This document shows positions 12,877-22,800 of a stretch of DNA of 64,000 nt, in pieces (positions within the stretch are counted from its first letter, which is position 1; each line of letters starts with the position of its first letter). The stretch covers positions 124,001-188,000 of the forward strand of contig NOWV01000124.1 of NCBI GenBank assembly GCA_003344405.1. Direction: 5' to 3'. A model generated the notes under the pieces. It ran no database searches, was not told the DNA's origin, and saw only the letters and a list, made by a program, of their open reading frames with translations. Made by a program: the position numbers and the translations under genes. Origin of the DNA: Trichoplax sp. H2 (taxonomy: Eukaryota).

Positions 12877-15800
12877 TTAACCACTACACATCAAACAGGC
12901 TTCCTTATTTTCGAGAGAGCAAACCATCGCACTTTCTCTATCTTTCTGCAATTTTTCTTTATCTACAGTAAATTGTATAGCACTGGCCGCCGGCTTTGTC
13001 CGTAAATAATACATGCCAGTCTTCAGGCCCTAACACAATTACAGCAATGTAACATTCAATCGCATTTTATAAATAGCCTATTTAGCTTTCGTAGAACCCT
13101 TTAAATAGAATTGTGCGTCATTCTATATTCATACCTTTTTCCAGGCGTAAAAATGCATGCTGGTTAACTTCGCAAAATTGGGCTCAGCAATATGTACGTT
13201 AAACGATTGACTTTGATCAATGTAAGCTCCCCGATCAGCTGCCATATCGATCAAGGTTCTTTGAGAAATTTCCCATACGGTTTTATATAACGCTTTAATA
13301 TCATCTGGTATGTTGTTTATTTTCTGTGATATAAAACAATCTATACATTACTTTCTTGATTTCCGATGAAATACTAATATCATATTCAACTTATGTCTTT
13401 CCAATTTAATATTAGTACATAGTACGTACTTGAATAGAGCCGTTATTAGCAATAAGTTCATTTTTCATCATATCATTCCAAACACCCATATCCGTTAAAT
13501 CTTTCAGCAAATGCTGGTTGACCACCTATTTTCCAAAGCGGTAAAAATTTTGAACAGATTCATAAAATAAGATTATGTCCTATAAATGCTGTATCTTAGT
13601 GTTAAAACTAATATATTGTACATTGAAACGTCAAGTCCGCTTAAAAAATTATAAAATCTTATAATCATTGCAAAGTAGACTATTAGAATAACCTGGAATT
13701 CTCCTGACAAAACACGTCTAGAATAAATATTGCTTGTATACGGCTCAATTGATTCGTTATTACCAAGGATTTGAGCAGTAGAAGCCGTTGGCATTGGAGC
13801 TAATAGTAAGCTATTTCGTAAGCCATACCTATTGCATCAAATAGGGATGGTTAATAAAAACACTCCATGCACACTACTCCAGTTGACTAGCAAAAGTTTT
13901 ATGTTGTAGAACATACTTTTTGATGTCTTCTTTTAACGAATTCCAGTTCCATAAATCAGTCGGTTGCTTTTCCCACAAGTCAAATTGTAATTGCTAAAAG
14001 ATATTTCAAAAATGCCATTGTCAATGTCGTAAGTACACGAGCAAGGCAATATGATAGTATCCGTAATCATTAATTCCGACGAATAGCTACTAACCCCTTG
14101 ACTTGCTGGAGACCCCTCATAGGTTTCGTATGGACCAACTTCTTTTGCTAGCTCACAGCTAGCCTAAAGTAAGTTAGATATGTAGAATTAAATTATTGCA
14201 TAACGTAATCCACCACTACGTTCAGTATTCTACCTGTAGAGCACCATAATAAATACTTTCAAAAATTTTTATATTCAAGTCGCGAGCCTCTGGTCCATCG
14301 AACGGGAAACGCATTAGAATAAAAGCATCAGCTAATCCCTATAAGAAATTGCATAACCAAAATAAGATAGATGATAATATATAGAAATTAAGATATAATG
14401 TAAATACCTGAACTCCAATCCCGATAGGCCTATGTCTTTTGTTAGATTTCTCAGCCTACAAAAAATAGCATTCGTATAATACATTATTTCGCAATTATTC
14501 AAAGAACATTTATACGATAAATTCCACTATCAGTCAATATATTAAGGCAACACTATCGATTTACTTAACGTTTACTAATATATTAATTGCTATTCATAAT
14601 TCGCGTAGCCTACCTCCGGTACAGGATAGAAGTTAATATCTATGATTTTGTTCAGATTGCGTGTAATTACTTTAGTCACTTCCGCCAACTTATGAAAGTC
14701 AAAGGTTTTGTCAGGTCTTACGAACCGAGGTAAAGCAATCGAGGCGAGATTACATACTGCAACCTGTAAGATTGTCATATTTTTACGTCAGTTAACGGAA
14801 TAAAGATGTCAATCCGATCTAATACTCGCTAATAATTCATGTACCTCATCAGGGCTTGTATATTCTATAATTTCCGTACAAAGATTGCTGCTTTTGATTG
14901 TGCCTAAATTCTATAGAACGACACATCGATTGCTGTTACATAACTGTTAGGCAGAATTGAATATTAACGAAAATCATGTTGACAATTTGTAACTACCATA
15001 CGAACCTTTTGATTACTTTTACGATTGCACGCATCTTTATATAACATGTAAGGAGTACCAGTTTCTACTTGGGCTTCCAAGATTGCGAACCAGAGTTTTT
15101 GCGCTCGAACTTGTCGAATAAACTTTCCAGCGTTTTCATACCTGTACACGTTAATAAAAAAATAATTCTTGTTATATTATCGTCGTTAATTACAGTATTG
15201 CGTAGAATGAATGCACCCAAGCATTAAAACGTACTCTGTATATAACTTTTCAAATTCTTCGCCATAAGTATCATGTAAACCTGGACAATCATTCGGGCAC
15301 ATTAACGACCATACTCCATTTTCTTCAACTCGTTTCATAAACAAATCCGGCATCCACATTGCATAAAACAAATCTCGCGCCCTCTATACACGATATAATT
15401 ATAAGGTAGTTTTAGAAACAATGTGCAAAATCATTCGATTGCTAATTAAACAAGCTATAATTTACCTGCTCTTCTTTTCCAGTATTCTTTTTCAAGTCTA
15501 GAAAATCAAAAATATCCGGATGCCATGGCTCTAAATAGATTGCAAAAGCTCCAGGGCGCTACAAGATAGCATGCAATTTTAGCTGTTAGTTAATCTAAAT
15601 CATATTCGAATCCTTAATATGTAGTATGCTAGTTTTTACGATACCTTATTTCCACCCTGATCAACATATCTTGCTGTATTGTTGTATACTCGAAGCATTG
15701 GCACTAGTCCATTCGAATGACCATTAGTCTGTGGCAGCATGAAACAAATCGTAAAGACAATGTTAGCGAGGGAATTTTGTTGGATTACGTAAAATAGAAA

Positions 15801-18800
15801 CTAGCTTGGAAAGTAAAAGGACAATACATACCCCTGCAATATAGCTTCCAGATGATCTAATACAATGCACACTTAAGCCAATCCCACCAGCAGATTTAGA
15901 AATCAAAGCGCACTGTTTAAGTGTATCATATATACCCTAAAAGTACAATTTCAACCACCCAATTTAGATAATGCTATAGCTAAATGTTGTATGTAGACTA
16001 CATACAGTACCTCAATACTATCATCCGACATTGTAAGTAGAAAACAGCTAGATAATTGAGGTCTGCAGGTACCAGCATTAAAAAGCGTTGGCGAAGCGTG
16101 TGTAAACCAACGTTCGGACATTAAATTATATGTCTGAAAAATCAACTTTTAATGTTAAAATCGCATATCTACTATAAACTAAAATACATTCGACAATTGA
16201 CTGTAATATCTGTGATTAGAATTTTAAGGCTACCTCAATTGCACCATCGATGTCTTCCCCGTGGATACCAACAGAAACACGCATTAACATATGCTGGGGT
16301 CGCTCAGCCACTAATTGTTAAAGAATTTAATCATGATATTAATATACAGCGATTTCATACTTGAATAGCTCCATTTGTAAATGATTTGAATTATTTTAAG
16401 TTCACCTTTTTTATCAATTTTCAACAAATACGATCGCTCTAGCGTCTACATAACATAAGTGTGAATTTGATTATTGAAATATTCTCATTTAAGGCTGTGA
16501 CCGAATAATATGCTTATAGTGATGTGATGTTGGTAACAAAATCAGTAATTGCGATGGAGCCGTTGTAGATCGAAAACTGCAGATTAGTTTATCATTTATG
16601 ACAAAACTTCAATGTGATGAAATATCTTGATTGATTCCTATACATACGAGTATTGTAGTCACATAATTATAAATAGTAGGCTTAACATCAGCATGATTAT
16701 TGCTTCGGTACATACTAGGACCAGATATCACATTCGGTTTAGAAATGTATGATGACTTAAAATCTAAAATGCTACCGCTTGAGCAGTTCAGAGGAACAGC
16801 CATCAATGTAGTTTAGCGAAGTAATAAATTAAAATATCATAATAAAGAAGATATAGTGTAGTATTAACGGCAAGATACACTGTATAGTATACATGCACTG
16901 ACCTTAAAGCCAAAGAAGTTGTAGTTGTAGTCACGATCGTAAATAATTGCAGAATTTAGGCGCTATAGTAACATGAATGTTCATGTGGTGTAAATATTGC
17001 GAAAAATAGAAATGACTGCATACTTTGTAAATAATTACCTCACAATGCTTAGTTATGATTTCGTGAGTTTCTTTAGAAATCATTGGTGAATGCTTGCCAT
17101 TCTTGGGGTTAACATAATTGTATAATTCATCCATGACAACTAAAATAAGGTAAAATATTATATCAGTCATGTTTTAGTAAGATCAAGGTACTCTTAATTG
17201 ATTAACAATTCATTTGTAGCTACAGTATAACTATCTTGCAGATATCATAGTTAACGTACCACTGAAAGTTTTTTTCGTTTCTTTATGCAAATTAGAAACT
17301 GCAATACGAGCAGCAAGAAGCGCATAATCAGGATGGTTTGTAGTCATTGACGCGGCAATTTCAGCGGCCAGGGTATCTAGTTCCACAGTCGTCACACCGT
17401 TATAAATACCAGCAATTACTTTCATGGTTATAGCAGCCTACAGAAGTCAAATTTATGTAAGAGTGAGTTGAAACATACATACGCAAGTCGGCCGTTTCTA
17501 TGCTCAATTATTAATAGAACAAACTACGTAAGAATGATCATCGTAGCCACATGTCAACTAATACATATTTAAGCATTTCTTGGAAAGTAGCCAATTCGGT
17601 GCTACACCGATTAGCCATATAAAAAGAAACATTTTTCAAATTTCAACCATAGAGTTACTAAGAAAGATACTGTATCTATTTTTAGTTTTTGCTTTCAACA
17701 TAAATAATAGTATTTAATTAGATAAATTTTCACTTTTGTTACAGCTACAAAACGATAAGGCATTGAACTAATAACGAAGCAGAAGCGATTGTACAATTGC
17801 ATATACTGCATGACAGACGACAGTTTACTTCATTATTAAAGTATTTTCTTACAGTTTAAGACTCAAAATTGTGAGTCTCCTTACTCATACTCTACTATTA
17901 ACTTGGCTGTTTATTTAAAGCTCTTCTAGTTACGATACAGCAAGTCTATTTTATTTTATCTAGACTCAAAGAAAAGATCGCTTTCCTTGCATAACTTTTT
18001 GATTCTAATTACACATCCTTTTCTTTCCACGATACATTATTTTATTGCATAGTAGTTGTTTTATCTAAGGATGCATTAACCTTGATATTACGATACAGTA
18101 TGAGGGAAAATCTAAATTTCTCCATGCGAATAGCGTATCTGGAAGTTATGTGAAAGCGCTTGAAACCACTCGATAAATCATAATTTGATCTAAAATGTCC
18201 AATCATAAACTATTCCAAAAATTTTCTTCAGCAAGGTGTGAAAGACTGTTTAAATATCGGCGCCAAGTTAATGGCGCCAAAGCGGTCAATCCTTCAGCTA
18301 GAAACAATAAGTGTTTCATACTGTAAGGTACAATACGATGCTAAATGAAACGTTTGGTACACTGTACTGTACCGGTGTGATTTACCTCCACTCGTGCAGT
18401 GCAGTACAGTATGTTTACGGTGCAGAGATTGTTGCGAGTTGATATTTGGGATCAATTTCTCCTGTCTGATCTACAACTTTACTACAGTAATGCAGCTAAT
18501 GCTTATTCATCTTTGCCAGTTTACAGTACTGTACTTAACTACTCATTAATACAGGCGGACGTGGAATGTATTTGTAGGGGATTAAAAAATCGCACCTTTG
18601 TCTCCCCCCTACAAATCATGCTATAAATTCCTCATACATGGCATTAAACTACTTGCAGGCAATCCAATTTAGATGAAATTATGCTGTAGAAAGTACAACG
18701 TGGCAAGTTCACTTTGGTGTTTTGCACTGGTTCATCCTCGATGATAGATTTCGTCAATTGTGCTGCTGAAAATATTACTTGTTGGACTGACAATGGTATT

Positions 18801-19256
18801 GAAACAGTGAGTAGCTAAAAATACATGGAGAAAGATACTGCAATCTGATCTAAGAAATGTTACGCTAGTTAAGATCACGAATATGTGTCATTGGTGAATG
18901 CATCATGATAAATAATACTATAGTATGATTGAAGTTGCTAACAAGTCAACAAATTGAAGCAATTTTGTACGCTAGTGCGATTGCCATTAGATAGTCCAAC
19001 TTACCGGATCGACATGGTCGTTGTTTAAATTGTAGCAAAGCTTGGATACTCTGCTTGTTATTTTGTCAAACATGACTTTTTCCTTTCGACCGTCTAAAGA
19101 GAGAAATTGTATAAATGCATTTGGATTAAGTACGCCGACTTGGTCGTTGTACGAATTACTCTAGTCTAGATCGCTTCAATGTTAGCATTCATCCACATTA
19201 CTGCCAATTAGAAAAGTCATTGTAGCATGCTTACCTCTTTTAACGACATACATCAT
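12877..19256 (-). CDS. RRM1: Ribonucleoside-diphosphate reductase large subunit (class Ia R1), multi-exon
   Basis: Exon 1 19235-19256 (MMYVVKR), exon 2 19005-19093 ([16 protein letters not shown]), then from 17437 [26 protein letters not shown]. Internal motifs [56 protein letters not shown]-terminus ACLMCSG* with stop at 12877-12879. Introns are canonical GT-AG. Confidence 0.97.
16743..16805 (-). ncRNA. Intronic H/ACA guide RNA hairpin, predicted to target U6 snRNA U31 (SNORA79/ACA65-like)
   Basis: Lies in an RRM1 intron (16447-16902) on the sense strand. Lower stem TGATGGCT/AGTCATCA, pocket GTTCC / TTTTA, upper stem TCTGAA/TTTAGA, ACA box 14 nt after the top of the pocket. The pocket is complementary to conserved U6 UAAAA-U31-U-GGAAC. 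Confidence 0.72.
18249..18281 (-). promoter_or_regulatory. Tandem E2F-type sites with a CDE/CHR-like arrangement in RRM1 intron 2
   Basis: Minus strand reads TTTGGCGCCA (18272-18281), then TTGGCGCCG followed closely by TTTAAA (18249-18254). CpG-containing motifs are rare in this background and RRM1 is a known E2F target gene. Confidence 0.55.
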
Positions 19257-19529
19257 GGTGATTTGTAGCTGAAAGAAAATTCAATGGGGAAAAAATGAAT
19301 TTTTTTCAGTGAATTGAAGGCTAGTTAGTGTCTACAAGTTACTACACCAAATCACGAATGGCCTGCGAGCAATCTTTCGTAGCCAAGAGTGAGCACTTGT
19401 TGCCCCGGTCGGTTCAAGCCTTTTATACGTATATCAGGTGGGGTTGTACCGTACAGCACGTCAGCCTCCCACTGCCGTCCTTAGTTACCATGTTTTGCCT
19501 CATTTTCACTCAATCACTGACTCAGCCGT

Positions 19530-19810
19530 TCTGCATACTACAGTATACTGTACTCTACACGTACTGTACACTGTACTGTACAGTACTGAAGCTTGACTTT
19601 TACAATACTGTACACACAGTACAGTATTGTACAGGAAGTTTTATTTTTGCCTCCAAAAACTGAAGTTGGCGCCTTAAACGCGTCCACCAATCATCTTTCG
19701 ACTTTATATGCATAATCATGTTGAATCACGATTGGACATTGAACAAAGAGGCATTGTTGTTGGATAGCAAGACGGTCCGATACGGTATAGTCCGGTACGG
19801 TACGGTATAT
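19530..19810. promoter_or_regulatory. RRM1 upstream promoter region, possibly bidirectional
   Basis: TACAGT/ACTGTA cluster at 19535-19632, E2F-like TTGGCGCC 19666-19673, ACGCGT 19678-19683, oppositely oriented CCAAT boxes at 19687 and 19731, and CGGTA repeats 19773-19807. Confidence 0.55.
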
Positions 19811-19899
19811 TACTCTAGTTCCAACTGGTCTATGCTACCCAGCTCAAGTAGTCATGCAAGTTATAACATTTGCAATCCAATTTGCTTGCTTTACGAAAA

Positions 19900-22800
19900 A
19901 TGATGAAAGTCATTAAACTCCAATGGAACTCCAACGGATCCATTGTAACTAAAGTAAATAAATTAAATTAACAGTTCAATATTGTTGCCGTATAGCCCAA
20001 AATAATCCACTTCCCCGATGAAATGGTAGCCAATGAATCTGCGATGTTGTTGTTCGTTCACATTCTTACTGTATGGTATAGGTTAGCCAGCGGAATGTCA
20101 GCCGGGCTTTTCTACACAAAATGTGTCAATCGATGACTTTACGCAAAAATATCCCCAGTTTAGCAGTATTCTCCGTTGAACCATGATGGTATTACCCCCC
20201 TAAAATCGGCTTCTACTGTATGTCTATAGATAAGAGTAGATGTAGTCATCGGCTTAAGCAACATGTCAAACTATAGCAATAACAAATAAATATTTCCAGA
20301 ACAATCTGCAGGAGACATGAAACTGCAAACAATATCCCCCCATTGCCGGCGATGTTCAAAGTTCTTGGTGTCAAAATCTCCCCACAATGCAGTCGTCCTT
20401 CTTCAACAAATAATCATCAAATCAATACGTAACATGACATTAGTTGCAATTCAATGAAATACATTATTCCGTTGCATGCCTTATTAAATTGACGTCCGTA
20501 GCCGTAGGTAGAATGGATTAAACAATCACTTGGTGGAAACAATATTGTATCGTATCACGAGCCTAACAGTTAATTATTGTGTCAATACAGTATTCAAGAA
20601 AAACGGACGTCTCGGCGGTTTTCTTGAATTCTTACGAATTGATGCATGTATAGAGTAGAATGGACAGTAATCAACAATACTCGATCAACCTATTATTCTA
20701 GTGTACGTTAATTCAAGTTCTATTGCTCTACAGAGAAGACTTTTCACTAAAGAGTCCACCCTTAATGCACAATAAGTCTGAACGAAAGGCCAAATGTGAC
20801 CTTTTTACGTTATGTATTACTTTAGTTTGTGAAAACAGTATTGTCAATCAACGAGTGGACCATCGGATACGATACAGAATAACCTACTCCTATACTGTTT
20901 ATATAACTTGCAGCTATCGAAGAGACTAAATAGCCGATCTCGAATTTCCATCTTTCCCATTAGTCGTAAAACATTTTCTATGCTATAACAGTCATAGATT
21001 CATGATTGAGTTATTCATAACTCTCCACGAATCTTCCCCAGTGATCAACGCACGAGATTTTAGTCCAATTGTAGTAAATGATGTAAAGCATCATACCACT
21101 TGTCGTCAATAGTCTATCATCATGATATAACCGTCAGTCATCCAGATTATTATGGCGTTCCACTATCTATGTCATGCATTCATACATTTGTTGCATTTTA
21201 TACGATTAGCGAATGGCATAGTTTTGGCAATATTGCAATAAGAATTATAAATTAGCGAAACCAGTGGAAATTCCACGAAATATAGTACGATTTGAAGTTA
21301 ATCGCATTAATATAATTTGATTATAACTGGAATCAATAATAGTGTGCTTATTATCATGTCCAATTGATGTTAACTCTTCATTGAGCTTTGTGTTAACTTT
21401 ACCACAACATTTTCGGCTAGCAAACTTTTCGCGATGAAAGGCTTCACGAAGTCTAATTACAAATCTAGTGGTAGTACGGGCAATCGTCAACCTACGCAAA
21501 GTATTTCATGCTATGATAAAATGACTAAATGAATAGCCTTCAAAAGTCAAGTTATGCGACATCTCTTCCTATTTTGCAACGATTCTGTCAGGTTAAATAA
21601 AATTCGATTACAAAATCAGCATACAGTACTGTAGTTTACCATTATCATCAGCACTCTATTGTTAGTATGCCATTAATAATCTCTGCATATTGTACTGTAT
21701 ATTCGGTATATTCCGATGCTATCAGTAATAATTAGTCAGAGTTTAATGCTGACTAGATATCAATAACAAATTTAGTGATACTACATCATTCTATTAGTAT
21801 AACCTGTCCCGATAGTGCAGTAGCTGCAATAAAAGCTAATAACTACTAGAATAGCAAGTCCCTGATCATTCATTTACCTATTATTAAATGCTCTAATCAT
21901 TCCATGCAGGTCATAAAGTACTGCTGCAACTACTAGAATAGCAAATCCCTGATCATTCATTCACTTATTATTATTAAATACTTCAATCATTCCATGCAGG
22001 TCATAAAGTATTGCTGCACTTTCCTTTTACAACAGATTTTATTTTAGAGCACGAGAGTAATAATAGAAACAGAAATAATTGTCATTTAGATAGAAGTACA
22101 AGTGGTTCACTTTAACGAGCAAGTGAAAGACTGTGCTACCACAGTACGCGATTCAATTTTATATTTATCGTTGTGGCTATAACTCATTCACTAGCTTACG
22201 GAAAATGTAAGTATCATCAGCGATATGTCGACCAATGAGCCGACGAACGCAACATATTCCGGTATTATTGAAGAGTAAACACACAACATACACGTATGTT
22301 CCAACCATTGAGGTAAATGGAAAGAACTCTATGGTTTCAACTTCCATTTACAGAGAGCTCTTTCATGGGGCTATCACCTTCAAAGTTTGCTGCAGTAATA
22401 ACAAGTAAGAATTTTGTTTGCACACTACCGTACGCATTGCACTCGCAAATGAAGTCTTATTGTATTAAGCCAGCAAACTAACATTCATCATGGTGCACAT
22501 AACATTAGCTTAATCAAATTTTCCTATCGATTAACATGCAGTATGAATTAAGTAATGCTACGGAATCTTATACCATGAAAATAGCGATAACTACAAATCA
22601 CTTGATTTGATTTCGCCAATCCTACACAGCAAGTAAATCATCCTACAAAATTAATAACTGTAAACTAGACGTACGGTACTCTACCGGCTTCAGCACGAAA
22701 GGTGTGCAGGTATTCCTACATTTGCATAAAGTAAAATTGCCCCACAAGAGTAATAAGTAGAATCGTTTGAGAAGACCACTAGCGAATACCGTAAATACTT

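Noticed and set aside
20094-20279. H/ACA snoRNA on the - strand (ACAGTA hinge and ACA)
   Set aside because: The boxes are present, but wobble polarity (AGCCGG/TCGGCT) favours the + strand and no target was found. Treated as part of the + strand fold.
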